64,000 nt of DNA from a virus (lineage: Duplodnaviria; Heunggongvirae; Uroviricota; Caudoviricetes). Of the stretch, positions 1-13,689 are shown in pieces. Position 1 is the first letter of the stretch. Every line of letters begins with the position of its first letter. The position numbers were made by a program, and so were the translations under genes. The stretch is taken from the IMG/VR virus record IMGVR_UViG_3300024270_000010; one strand, written 5' to 3'. The notes under the pieces are model-generated. The model was given only the letters and a program-made list of their open reading frames with translations. It made no database searches and had not been told where the DNA came from.

Positions 1-2
1 CT

Positions 3-3000
3 ATGGGCATTAATATGTCTGACTATTTTGTTCAAATGGCAGATGGGTCTTATAAATTAACTGCTGATGCAAAAGAATTCTATGATGTTGTTAATGCTAA
101 AACTTTAGAACAATTCCAAAATAATATTGACGCTTTACGCGGTCAAAAAGCAGATGTAAATAATTTACAAAATAGTACCTATGATAAGGATTCTATTGCT
201 ACAATGGATACTAATATGATAGGTATGATTAAACAAGATAATGATAAATTAGGAGATCAATTAACTTTCTTAAAAGCAATTGGTTCTGATTTAGAAAATC
301 TTGATAGCTATATTCAAGAGATTGAAGCTGGTAGACAATTAACCCAACGTCAATTAAGAGAAATTCGCAACGAACTTGAAGAAAATGCTTGGCAATGGGA
401 TAATTTATCTCAAGTAACTGAAGGGTTTGATGCAGAAATCCAACGTAATATGGATGCATATGCTATGTCTGCAACTACAGTTGGAGATTTAAATGATATG
501 CTTCGCGAAGGATTAATTAATGCTGAAGCATATAATAAAGCAATTGAATCCGTAATGGATGTGGAATTTGAGGCTGAAGGGTTAGATGTAGAAGCCGCTA
601 ATGATGTAGCAGATGCTTTCCGTGAAATGGCAGATGCTGGTGAAGCAGGCACAGAAGCTTTAAAAGACAATGAAGAAGCTGTTAAAGATGCTACTGTTCG
701 TTATATGGAACTTAACGAAGCTATTACTGATATTTATGATAATTATGATGATTATATAGATGTTTTAAAAGCAGCAAGAAAAGCTTCAACTCCTTTAGAA
801 AAAGCTAACCTATTAAATGAAAAATCTGCTAGATCTTTAAGAACTTCTTTGGCAGGTTTGCTTGGCACTACAGAAGATTTAATTGATGCAGATTTAATGG
901 CAGCAATTAATCCAGCAGATTTCGAAGCAGCTGCAAACGGTAGTGTTGAAGCTATTGATAGAATTAGAGAGGCTTTTATAAAATTATAGATTGAAGGTAT
1001 TGATGGAATTACACTTGATGGCTTAATGGCTGAATTAAATGCATTTAATGATGGTGCTTATATTGATTTAGACAATATGCCAATGCTATGGTCTTTAATT
1101 GAAGCAAAGGTTGCCGCAGGTGCAACTGCAGCTGACATTGAAGCTTTGTTAAGTGGTTTGAACATCGATGCTGATGTTAGTGATTTCTATGGTACGATGG
1201 AAGAAATGGCAGCTATTGCAGAGCAAGCTGGTTCTCGTGTAGTACAAGCTACTTCTTTCTCTCAAACATCAACGACTGAAACTGAAGCTACTCCACGTAC
1301 AGTTGATAATGTAAATTTCACTGAAACTGTTACAACTACTAATCATCCGTCTATTGCGGCAGTGCCTATGACAAATGGTTTTGGACCATTAATTTATGGT
1401 ACTAATATGGTTAGTTATTAGAAGTCTGTAAGTGTTGATCCAGTAAGTTATCAAACTCAAGATACTGCAACTGCTACTGAAGTTGTCACTGAGAACGCTG
1501 CGGGTGAAGAAGGTAAAGTTCGTGGTATTTAGATAAATGGTGCTCATAAAGCTCCAACTGCTTCTAGAACTCCAAGTCCAACTAATACAACCAGAAAACC
1601 TGTATCATCAGGCAGTGGCGGTGGTGGTAGTAGTGGTAGTAAAGCAAAAGAACCTTCTAAACCAAAATAGATGGATACCACTAAACAAACTGATGTAGTA
1701 AAAAGATATAAAGAAATTGATGATGCGCTTGATGATTTATCTGATGAATATGATAGAGCTTCTAAATCTGCAGATAGATTATGGGGCGAACATCGTTTAG
1801 ATGCTCTTCGTGAACAAAATGCTTTAATTGAAGAGTAGCAAGAATTGTTAGCTGAAAAATAGCGTCAAGCAGAACGCTATATGAAACAAGATCAAGTTGC
1901 TTTACAATAGGCTGCAGCTGCAGCGGGATTAGCCTTCTCATTTGATGATAAAGGTAATATTACTAATTACACTGACTAGATGACTGTCCTTTATAATCAG
2001 TTAGCTGCCGCAGAATCTCGTTACAATTCTCTTGCTACTGGTGAAGCTCAAGAGTCTTATGAAGAAACTATTCTTGACCCTCTAAAAAATAAGATCCAAA
2101 ACATTGAAGATGCAATGGAGTTATACGAAGAGAGTAAAGAATTATTTGAAGAATTGGGTATTAACATTGAAGATCTTCAAGATTAGATTATGCAAAATAA
2201 TTATGATATTATAATGGACGGTTTAGAGCTTCATATTGGTTTTAATGAAGAAGATTTAGAAATAATTAATTATTATTTATCTAAGATTGAAGATGATTTT
2301 TATTCTATGGCTGAAGCTGCTGCTTTAATAGCAAATCCAAAAGGAAATAGTCAATTGACTGAGTATATTTCTAATTTAGAAGAATATGAATCTTCTCTTC
2401 AAGGATTAAATAAAGCTTATGTCGCAGGAGAAATTACTGAAGCAATGTATCAAGAAGGCTTAGAAGAAGTCCGTTCTGGTATTAGAGATAATTTAAGTTC
2501 TTTAGTTGAATTAGATAATACTATGAAAGAGTATTATAGTAAAACTCTAAATATGGCCTAGGAAGAATTAGCGAAGTATACTGACCGTATGGAGCATCAA
2601 ACTGAAGTTCTAGAACATTATCAATCTTTAATGGAAATTCTTGGCAAAGAAACTGACTATAACGGTTTAGGAATTATTCTTGAAGGTCAAGCAAAAACTA
2701 TTGAAAATCAAATGAAGGTTGCTAAAGAAGCATATGCTATGTATCAATCTGAAGCAGATGAAAAGAAGAAATTGCTTGATTAGGCTATTGCCACAGGAAA
2801 TACTGAAGCTGCAGAAGTATATCAGAAAGAATGGGAAGCTGCTAATGCTGCTGCCATGGAAGCTCAACAAGATATGCTTGATAAAACTGAAGAGTGGGCT
2901 GATGCATTACGAGCAATACTGGAGAATAAACTATCTGGTTTCGCTCAAAATTTAGAGAACGCTCTGACCGGAGGCACATCTTTTGATACTTTAACTACTT

Positions 3001-4688
3001 CTATGGAGCGAGCAGCTAGTCTACAAGAAGAATATTTAACAACGACTAACCAAATTTATGAGACTAATAAGTTGATGCGCGTTGCACAGCAAGCTATTGA
3101 TAATTCCACTAGTAGTATTGCAAAGCAAAAACTAAAAGGATTTATTAATGAAACTAAGCAATTGCAAGATCAAACAAAGTTAAGTAAATACGAGTTAGAA
3201 ATTCAGCAAGCAAAATATAATTTATTATTGGCTGAGATGGCTCTAGAAGATGCTCGTGATGCGAAAACTGTTGTTAGATTAAAGCGTGATAATGAAGGCA
3301 ATCTTGGTTATGTATATACCGCAGATCAAGATAAGTTGGCCGAAGCGCAACAAGAGTTAGAAGACGCACAAAATAGTTTATATAATATTGGATTGGAAGG
3401 CGCTAATGAATATAGTGAAAAGTATCAGCAAACCATGAGTGAAATGTATGATACATTTACTGAACTCCAAGAGCAGTATTTGAGTGGTGAATTCGAAACT
3501 GAAGCTGAATATCAAGATGCTATGTTAAAAGCTAAGGAATATTATTATGAAAAATTGAAGAGTTATTCTTCTCTGCATCAAATAGCATTGACTACAGATA
3601 GTCGAGTCATTGCAGATGCTTGGTCTTCTGATTATAGCGAAATGATTTTCAATACTGAAGATTGGATGCGCGCAGTTACTGAATATGTTGGTAATGTAAA
3701 TCTTGCATTTGACGAATGGGAAGAAAATGTTGATACTATTACTAATGAGACTCTTGGACCAAATCTTGATACTCTTGAAGATAACGTTAAAGATATTACA
3801 GATGCTAATGATGCTTTAACTGATTCTATCGTAAAAGATGGCGGCGTTATTGACGCTATTGAGTCTGAATTGGATCAAGTTAGTGAATTGACTGGTAAAT
3901 ACGCTAATTTAAGACAATAGATTCAGGGACTGATTGCGGATCATGAAACTCTTATGGTACGTATTGGCAATGAACCTAATCCTTACACTCCTCCTGGAAC
4001 TGGTACTTCTGGAAGTTCTTCTTCTAGCGGAGGTAGTAGTGGAAGTTCTAATTCTGGTAATTCTTCTAGTGGTAGTGGTCGAGGTTCTAGTACAGCAAGC
4101 ACATCTTCTGGAACTAGTACTAAAGAAGCAAGTGCTCCAGAATATAGTGACACTACTAAGCAAGGAGTTGCTCTCGCAATTTGGAATGGTGGTTTTGGTT
4201 GGGGTAACGGTACTACCCGCCGCAACCGGTTGGATGAAAAAGGATTTGATCCCGAAGAAATCCAGCGTATTGTTGATATTACTAATCCTAATGGAGATTG
4301 GCGTACTCGTTATGGAATTTCTGACTTAAGTAAGTATGCTTATTCTAGTTTTGATACTGGTGGTTATACTGGAGCTTGGGGTTCTTATGGTAAGTTCGCT
4401 ATGTTACATGAAAAAGAATTGATTTTGAATCCAGGTGAAACTGAAAACTTTTTAGCAAGTATGGAAGTATTGCGTAGTATTATCAAGATGATTGACTTAC
4501 AAAGCACTGCTTCTCAGCTAGGTGGATTGTTACATAGTCCTGGATATTACGCTCCTCAAACTTCTGAGGTATTAGAGCAAAATGTTCATATTGAAGCTAG
4601 CTTCCCTGAAGTAACTGATAGATATGAAATTGAAGCTGCTTTGACTTCTATCGTCAATCGTGCTTCTCAATACGCTAACCGTAAATAA
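3..4688 (+). CDS. Tape measure protein, C-terminal ~1561 aa (5' truncated by window; TAG read-through)
   Basis: Track fragments at 3, 1026, 1980, 2190, 2589, 2856 and 3954 are all in one frame and separated only by TAG (12 in total). I translated the gaps and found no TAA/TGA until 4686-4688. Long helical A/E/D/Q-rich protein with a C-terminal FDTGGYTG...AMLHEKELILN motif typical of TMP ends, located upstream of tail genes. Confidence 0.88.
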
Positions 4689-4694
4689 ATTTTT

Positions 4695-4727
4695 GGGTAG
4701 GTTGTAGAAATACAACCTACCCTTTTT
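4695..4727 (+). terminator. Rho-independent terminator
   Basis: GGGTAGGTTGTA-GAAA-TACAACCTACCC 12-bp perfect stem followed by TTTTT. Confidence 0.9.
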
Positions 4728-4734
4728 CTTATTT

Positions 4735-4770
4735 GGTCTAATATAAAAAATTGACTTTTCTAAATTTTTA
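4735..4770 (+). promoter_or_regulatory. Phage-specific tripartite motif, copy 1 (candidate late promoter)
   Basis: GGTC-N10-AAT-N13-TTTTTA with spacing identical to six other copies. Confidence 0.6.
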
Positions 4771-4779
4771 TGATATAAT
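4751..4779 (+). promoter_or_regulatory. sigma70/sigmaA-type promoter
   Basis: TTGACT-N17-TATAAT with TG extended -10, followed by GAAAGGAG RBS. Confidence 0.85.
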
Positions 4780-4809
4780 AGATTATAAGAGAGAAAGGAG
4801 ATATTGGTT

Positions 4810-7800
4810 GTGGTAATAGATTATGCTGAGGAACTGTTAAAAGCAGTTGATATAGTTGTAGAATAGCGTATTCGAAATATCCAAATGGATACTACAATTA
4901 TTTGTACTGTTACTGATAATACAGAAAAGAAAAGTGGCATATATCAGGTAACTGATGGTGCCGCAAAATTTACTGCCAAAACCGATGCCAATAGTAGATA
5001 TTATAATGTCGGAGATACTGTAAGAGTTCTTGCTATTAAAGGCGATTTGGGTAACTGTTATATTAGTGGTAAATATTCTTATAATGATGACAGTGATCCC
5101 TTAACTTATATTTCTCCATCTGAAACTGTTGTTGATATGACTGATAATCTGATTCCAGGTAAAGTAGATGCTTGGGGCATTACCGCAAATGGCGATGAAA
5201 CTCAACTTCCTCTTTGGAGTGTAAATTTATCTAATTCAGATTATAAAGATTTACAAACTAACAGTATTTATAATACTCTTAATCTAAAGGCAGATTTTAA
5301 ATGTCTTTTATCTAATTATAAAATGAAAACAGGTACTTATGGTTTAATTTTACGATTAGATGTTAGACCAACAAATGATAATAGCCAAACAATTAGTCAA
5401 TGGGTATCATTAGATTCCACAGATATGTTTGGTAATCCATATGCATTTATGGTATATTCTACACAAGAAGCCACATTCGATATTTCTGGATTGGGCACAA
5501 TTGAAAGTCTTCAATTATTTTTATATCAAAATGATGATTTTGAATTTTATAATGATAAAGGTTTCCCTGAGCGGTTACCTGCGGTTGATTTCAGTAATAT
5601 TCTTGTGAAGAATATTTATTTGAGTTTTGGCTCAGATTTAACTAAAGTAGAAGATAATACTTTACAAATTTATACTGGCGATAGTGCTATTTATAATATT
5701 AGCGACGATGGTAGTAATTCTCGTGACATCGGATTGCTATGGTATAATAAAGACGAAGATAATACTTATATTGGTTTTAGTGATGGTATTTATGACCCCG
5801 GTTATGATGAAATTACTTATTTAGAAATAAGTGAAGTTGATAGTCGTTTGGTCGCTCAAATGGGCAAGGACGTTCCTAATGATGAAATTGCATTAGGGAT
5901 TTCAGCTGATATTGAAGAGGCTCAACCGATTTTCAAAAATCTTCGTAATGCTTTAACAAGAGATTTAAGAAATAACTTAACTTCTTATCGAGATTAGATT
6001 CAATCAATTGAGACTTTTAAAGACGATTTTGAACTTCTGTTATCTGAAATTTCAATTGTCGGTTAGCAAATTGAAGAAGATCAAAAAACTATGACAGAAG
6101 AATATGCTACAATTTTATCTGCGGCAAAAAAAATTCAAGATGGTATTGTTGTAGCTAAACCAAATCAAACTGTTACAATTGATAAGATAAAAGAAAAAGT
6201 AAATTCTGTTATTGGGGATACAGATGCTTTATTGTCAGCAACAGAGACTGAAATAAAAGATAAATATACTGGTTTTGTAAGTATATATGATACTTATGAG
6301 GCTCGTATTGAAAAAGTCAAAAAGTCAATTACTGGTTATATCGATCAGCTGAATGCATTATTAGCTGATGATGCCAATAAGATGGATGCTTTCTTCCTGC
6401 CAGGTTATAATTTTGAGCCTTATGGAAGAACTGATTTTAGTGAATATGATAATAAATACTGTATTTACTGGTATCGGTATGAACCTGGTTATGCTAACTT
6501 AGAAGAAAGATTCCTTGAAACAGGATGGCATAGATTATCAAAAAAATTAAATGTTGGATTGCCTTCTGCAAAACTAAGTGAAGATAGTATTTATAATGCT
6601 AAAAAAACATTAAATCCAGAAGGAATTTTAGAAGTAGAATTAGATACTCAATACGTAGAAGAAAAATATATGGCAGTATTATTCTTTAATCATAATATGT
6701 ATAAGAGTAATATTCTAACTTTTACAAATGCAAATCCTCCTGTAGATGAGAAGATTGTAGACTAGGCTGATGCTTGTCGCATTGAGCATGGAGATAACTC
6801 TCAACCTTCTTATCAAGTTTATGGATTAAATAACTTATTAGTAAATGCGGCCGATGGTTATCGTAAACGCGAACTGTTATTGCGCTATGAGGGCTTGACC
6901 GCAGGTGATGAAGCATTATACGGAGCGCAGATTTTCTGGTACATTCCTAAAAATTCAACTATGTTGAAATATGAACTTGAAGATTTTGACAGTTCTTGGT
7001 CTAATGATGAAAAGGCTATGCCTGGAGTAACTTCTCCTTATTCTAAGACTGGTTATGTATGCTTCTATAAAACAATCGGTGGTACAGAAAGCACTGACGA
7101 AGATGGAAAAGTTCATTATGAAATTGCAAATCGAGACAGATATTTTACATACCGCATAAAAGATTATTATTCTCAAAGTTTTACAAATAATACAATTTAT
7201 TGTAGAGTTGTAAAACCTAATTATTATGACTGCAATGCAGAGATTTCTTTAATATTTAGTAGCTTTGGTACTTCTGGAACAGATTATACTTTAGTAATTT
7301 CTCCTAATACCGCAAAAGCTGCGGCAGATGGTGTATTAGAAGATGGAGCTAATCTTCCTCTTGGTCTGGCATTATATGATTATGATAATAATCGAATTAA
7401 GATTTTGGATAGTGCTCCGGCAGTTGATAATCCAGATCCATACTTAGCAAGTTTAGAATGGATTGGTCCTACTGGATATTATGCCGCACCAGTCTACAAT
7501 AGTGATCCTAAAGGATATGGTGTTGAAAGAATTAATATCACCTTAAAAGAGAGCGAAGGTCCATTGCAAAAATACTATAATGGTATTTTGAAAGCGACAG
7601 TCCCTTACCCTATTGATGAATTAGGTGAAATTATCAATTTAATTTCTATTTATACTGTTCCTTATACAGCTGGAAATTATTATATTGAAGGTCCTGGTAT
7701 TGTAGTTTATAACTCTGATGGAGTTAATCCTACTTATTATAAAAATCCATATAAGATTTTTAGACGTAAGGAAGAAACTGATGCTGATGGTAATGTAATC

Positions 7801-10389
7801 CATGAAGCTGATTCTGAAGTTACTGGTGTAACTTGGAAGATTATGTATTATAAAGAAAATGGCGATATTATGACTGCCACAGATTGGGGTCAATCACAAT
7901 ATGCTGTTTTACAAAGTTATATGCCTAAATTGAATGAGCGAAATTGCTTGATTCCTTGTCATATTTTCTTAGAAAATAATGGTGGTACAATGGTTTATCC
8001 AGTTGTTACTTGTGAAGATGAGGATGCAGTAGTAATTTGGGCTCAGCCAATTTATTGTATGAAAAATAGATACGCTTCTGCTATGATCAATAAATGGGAC
8101 GGTAGTCTAGTTATTGATGAAGAGAATGGAACTATTATGTCTACTATGGTAGGTGCGGGCCGCAAGAACTCAGAAAACCAATTTGAAGGTGTTTTACTGG
8201 GCGATGTAAATACCGCCTCTGAAGATAATGCTACTGGCGTAGGCTTATATGGTTTCCACAAAGGAGCGCAAAGCTTTAATTTCAATGTTGATGGTACTGC
8301 TTTTATCGGTAAATCTGGTAGAGGTAGAATCAAGTTTGATGGAAATACAGGTACTATTACAAGTGCTTCGTATGAACAAGCAAAAGATTCTTCTGGAATG
8401 AAAATTGATTTAGATGATGGTATCATTGACATGAAGGGAGCTAAAATTGATGCTACTACTGGTAAGTATGTAGCAGATACTGCAAGTCATATTCATATTG
8501 ATGTAAAAAGTCCTTATTTCAAGATTGATAGTGTTAAAGGTAAAACTTTAATGTTTATCGGCGGAGAGAAAGAAGGATATTATTTACAATCTGACGAATA
8601 TAATGAAACAAAATTTACTTTGAATGAGACTGAATCTAATGGCTTAACTACACCAACTACTGATACTACTGGTACCGGTATGCGATTGGATTTAAAAAAT
8701 GGTACATTAGATGCATTTGATTTTTATTTAACTTCAAAGAATGTAATGTTAAATTCAAAAGATTCAAGTAAACCTTATTTTGTTATTAAAGATAATTGTA
8801 ACAATATGCTTATGCATATTGGTGGTACTAAGTTCTGGCTAAAATCTGCTGATTATAGTGAGACTGCAGCTGGTGAACCTGAATCTGGTATGAAAATTGA
8901 TTTATCTACTGGTAAAATTGATGCTTTTAATTTTTCATTAGTTTCTAGTAGAGTTAAATTGAGTACTAGCGGAACAGTAACAAAACCTTATTTAGAAATT
9001 GTTGGTAATGATATAACTTTAATGCATATTTCTGAAGCGGGACAATATATTCGTTCTAATACTTTTATTCGAGAGGCTGCTGGTACTCCTGGAACAGGTA
9101 TGGAAATTAATCTTGGTACTGGAGAATTTACAGCTTATACATTTAATTTAAAAGCTGGTAATGCTTCTACTGGTCAATTAAGAATTGATAGTAGTGCCGC
9201 ACAATATCCTTTGTGGATAGGTACAATTGATAAAACCTATGATCCTGAAAATGATGATCCAGAAGATATAATTCCTAATTTTAAAGTTGATTGGGCCGGC
9301 AATTTTTATTCACAAGGTGGTAAATTTACCGGAGCAATTCATGCAACTAGCGGTACTCTTGGTAGTTTAACTGTTAGTGGTGTTTTGACAGGTGGTACTA
9401 TTTCAGGTGCTACTATTGAAGGTGGCGTGTTAAAAGTAGGTCCAACCTCAGGAGAAACTGGTTATCAGTTATATGCTGATAACAAAGAGGTTGTAATTAA
9501 AAATGCAAAAATTATAAATTGTGATATTTAGAGCGGCGATGGAGCTCCCACAGGTACTGGTGGATTTAGTGTCACTCCAGCGGGTATTATGAAAGGTTTT
9601 GGTTGTAGTTTAACAAATGGATCTTTTACCACTTGTACTGTAATTGATTCTTTATATATCGGAGGAACTGTGGATGGAAAGACCGTTTCTGGCAATATTT
9701 ATTTAAATGGTAATAATAAAATATATTTTGGTTCTGGTACTGGTAATTATTTATATTTTTCAGATGATGGTCGTGTTTCAGTAAGTGCTTTAACGGCTTT
9801 TTATGCTAATAAAATAAATGCTTCAAAAATAACTGCTTATCAAATTGTTGGTGCGCTAGAATCGAATGGCATGGAAGACTATAATACTCAAGTGTTATTT
9901 ACTTCAGGAGCAAAAGTAAAAGGTCATTATTTATCAGCAGAAAATTCTTCTGGAGCTTTACTATTTTCAGCAGGTGATAATACCGCTGGTTTATATGCTA
10001 GTAGCGTTTATTTAGGTGGTACTAAGACCGCTTCTGTTAATGTAGCAGATGGTAATGGTAGTGTTGTAAGCTTAGAGGCATATATAAAATCAATAATAAA
10101 AGATAGCGTTACAGTATCTGTGACTTCTGGAGCTAGTGATACAACAGTAACTGGTGGAACAGATGGGGTTTATACAGTAACAACAACAGATAATAAAACT
10201 GTTACAGCATCTTAGACAATTTGTTGTTATACATATACACAACCTTCTGGAGGTTATTTTTCTACTACTGAAACAGCTGGTAGTCCGCCATCAGGTTCTT
10301 ACTATACTTATTGTACTAAAGATAAATCTCAAACAAAAGATGTTTCAACTTCTGGTACAATTCAAGTAGCTGTTACTATTAAAGATTAA
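4810..10389 (+). CDS. Large tail protein (~1859 aa; TAG read-through), beta-rich C-terminal spike/fibre-like region
   Basis: GTG start after RBS. Fragments 4885, 6091, 6880 and 9589 share a frame and are joined by 6 TAG (4864, 5995, 6064, 6763, 9529, 10213); ends in TAA. Follows the TMP and has G/T/S-rich beta repeats. Confidence 0.75.
8395..9150 (+). repeat. Protein-level ~70-aa repeat in the tail protein
   Basis: G-M-x-(I/L)-(D/N)-L-xxG motif at 8395, 8677, 8887 and 9097; the last three are exactly 210 nt apart, with recurring PY(F/L)xI and LM(F/H)I blocks. Confidence 0.7.
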
Positions 10390-10414
10390 AAAGGAGAAAA
10401 AGGAGATATACGTT

Positions 10415-10780
10415 ATGAAAATGACAAATTTAGAAATTTATAATACTGCAAGTCACCTTATGGAGGCTTTCAGTGATGGTAATCAAAAATTACCTGTTAA
10501 ATTGAATTTCTTCTTACAGAAGAATAAAAAGACTTTATTGGGTTTAGCTCAAGAAATTGAAGAGGCTCGTTTGAATGTTGCTAAAGAACTCGGCGTTCAA
10601 AATGAAAATGGTGGATATACCGTCGAACCTGAAAATGTTGATAAGGCCCAAGCTGAATTAACTCAGTTGTTTAATATTGAGCAAGAGGTTGACATTGCTA
10701 TGATTAGTTATGATGATCTCGATCCTGGTATGACAATGACTGCTGCCCAGATGGAAGCATTATTGTTCATGATTAAGTAA
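10415..10780 (+). CDS. Hypothetical protein (121 aa, helical; possible tail assembly protein)
   Basis: AAGGAG RBS, TAA stop, lies within the tail module. Confidence 0.6.
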   Translation: MKMTNLEIYNTASHLMEAFSDGNQKLPVKLNFFLQKNKKTLLGLAQEIEEARLNVAKELGVQNENGGYTVEPENVDKAQAELTQLFNIEQEVDIAMISYDDLDPGMTMTAAQMEALLFMIK

Positions 10781-10785
10781 TTATA

Positions 10786-10820
10786 TGGGCTACTGGAAAT
10801 TTTCCAGTAGCCCAATTTTT
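10786..10820 (+). terminator. Rho-independent terminator
   Basis: TGGGCTACTGGAAA / TTTCCAGTAGCCCA inverted repeat followed by a T-run. Confidence 0.85.
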
Positions 10821-10842
10821 TAGAGAGAAAGGAGTTAGAGTT

Positions 10843-13689
10843 ATGAAATTACATCCACCTGTTATAGATGGTAAATTACCTGCTTTTGCGGGAACCTCAA
10901 TGAATATTCCTTTTATGTTGAATCGTGCAGTTGCTCTATCTGATTTGAATGAAGCCACTCCACTAAAATTGAAAATTAAAACTGTAAAAACCAACAGAGA
11001 GATTGGTACTTTTAGTGGTCAATATATATACAATAAAGCTACGGGTAATTATCATGCTAACTTTATTTTATCTGAAAAGAAAAATGAAATAAAATTTGGT
11101 ACTTTTTATAAAGTTCAAATTGCTTTTGTTTCTAAGGATAATACTGTGGGTTATTATTCTACCGTAGGAATTATTAAATGTACTACATACCCCATCGTAA
11201 AAGTTTAGGGACAAAGTGATAATTTATCTAATAGTTATGAATATGTTGGTGTTTATCAACAGCCAAGCGAAGGTAATAAGTATGATACAACAGAAAAAGC
11301 TTACTCTTATTGTTTTGAATTAAGGGACATTGATGGAAATATTGTTTCTACAAGCGGAACTCAAATTCATAATAGCTCTTATGATACGGAGCCAGAAGAG
11401 ATGCATGACCACTGGGTTTTGCGAAAGAATTTGAAAGAAGGAGTTCCTTATTATCTTACTTATAAAGTAACTACTACCAATGGATTAGAATGTGAAAGTC
11501 AAAGTTATCCAATTGTTACTCAAGAAAGCGTAGACTCTTCTCTTCAAGAGAAATGTGATTTAATTGCCACTTCTAATTTTGAAGATGGTTTTATTCGTTT
11601 AAGTTTACGTCCAAAAGTGAAGCATGGTGTTATTGATGGTAGCTTTGTTTTGTCTCGTTCTTCTAGCGAAGATAATTTTGATAGCTGGAATGAGATTTAC
11701 CGATTCTCTTATAAAAATCTTCATGTATATGGAGATATTGGAGAATCTGCGGACTTATTAACAACTCACCCAGATTTTTGGGATAAGAATGATTTAATCC
11801 TTTGGGAAGATTTTACTGTGCAACAAGGTGTTCAATATGTTTATTCTATTCAAGCATTCAATGCTCAAGGATTATTTTCTAATCGAATGATAAATCATAA
11901 ATGGACACTAGCTTATCGTGACAATGATATGAATGCCGCAGGCGACTATGAAGAGCCTGATGGTTATGATGAATACCGCAGAGGATATTATTTTGACAGC
12001 ACTCCAGAAACTATTACAGTTGATTTTGAAGATATGTTCTTATTTGATGGCTCTCGTCAATTAAAGATTAGATTTAATCCAAAGGTTACTTCTTTTAAGT
12101 CTACTGTTTTGGAATCTAAAATTGATACTTTAGGCGGTAAATATCCATTCGTATTTAGAAATGGTAATGTAGAATATAAAGAATTCCCTGTATCTGGATT
12201 ATTATCTCTCATTAGTGATCCAAATGAGTTCTTCTTAAAAGGTATTTAGACTGAGAAGTTATTATATCGTTCTTAGGCTAATGGCGATGAAATTATCGGT
12301 CCAGGAGATACTCATGTAACTATGGATAATTTACGCAGAGAACGCGAATTTAAAATGGAGGCTTTGTCTTGGCTAACAAATGGCAAGCCTAAGTTGTTCC
12401 GCTCTCCTAGCGAGGGTAATTTTATTGTTCGTATTATGAATGTATCCATGTCTCCACTTGATGTAGTGGGACGTATGCTTCATAGCTTTAGCGGAACTGC
12501 TTACGAGATTGCGGAATGCACTTTTGATAATCTAAATACATATGGATTTATTTCTGCTCCTGATAGAGATAATCGCGATCTGAAAATCGGTTAGATTAGA
12601 CTTGCGGACGCCGCAGATCCCAAAAAAGATGTACAAGGATTTAGTGCAGAAGGTAATAAAATTACCACTCCCGCAATTTATCGAGCTAGCTTTACTGGTG
12701 TCGCTCCTGGAACAATTTTTGCATTAAACTTTGAAGATGGATATGGTAATGTTGAAATTGAAATTGGCTATACGGGTACTTATTATGTACAAGTACAGGA
12801 TAAACCAATTACTTCAATTACTTTATTAAAATCCGCAGATATTGATAAATTAGATTATACTAAGAAACCTGAGACCGATGATTGGAGAGACGCATATTTA
12901 ACTTTCTGTTATTATGATAGTAATCCTACTGATAATTTTAGTAAGATTACAAGCATCGCAGTACAAGACGAATTTAGACAATTTATTGGCACTGGCTTTA
13001 ATGCTAATCTTATTTCTTTTTTGGAAGATATTCGTCGATAGACTGGTAGATTCCATTATTTGCGAATTAGCGAAAGACCAATTCGTCAGATTTATAAAGA
13101 TAGTAACGGAGTTTGGTTCTTTAATCCACAGTTCACCGATCGTATATATGATACTGAATGGGATGCTAGTGTAATTTATCAAGTCGGAAATTCAGGAACT
13201 TATTATAGCGGTAAACCTCGTTCTCCCATGGGTAAGCCTGATTATCGTCTAAAGATTGTAAATGGTGATGGCGAGTATGAGGATGAAATCAAATTCGATG
13301 GTAGAAAATCACCTGGCATCGAATTAGATAAATGGTGGCCTACTAATTCTTATAATAATGGTCGTATCAATAAATCTTCTGGTACTCACAGTAGAATTGA
13401 TGCGATTACTGGTGTTGATAAAATTGATGGAATTTATATTGGCACTGGTTTAATGGTTGAGATGGCTTATCGTGTTAAATTCTTAGGATATGATGTTGAG
13501 ACTAGTAGTAGTGCAGTTAGAAATGCTAAAGCAACTTGGCAGGCTGCAATTGAGAATTGGGAAGCTGTCACTGGTGATGCAGAATCTACCAGAGAACAAA
13601 TTGATGCTAGTTTACAACAAATTGAATCTGCTTATGCAAAATATATAGAAGCACTTGAATATGCTTTGGCACAGGAGGTTGAAGATTAA
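10843..13689 (+). CDS. Minor tail protein (~948 aa; TAG read-through; distal-tail-like central region)
   Basis: Fragments 10843, 11401, 12322 and 13060 are in frame and joined by 5 TAG (11206, 12247, 12274, 12592, 13039); TAA stop overlaps the next ATG. Confidence 0.7.
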
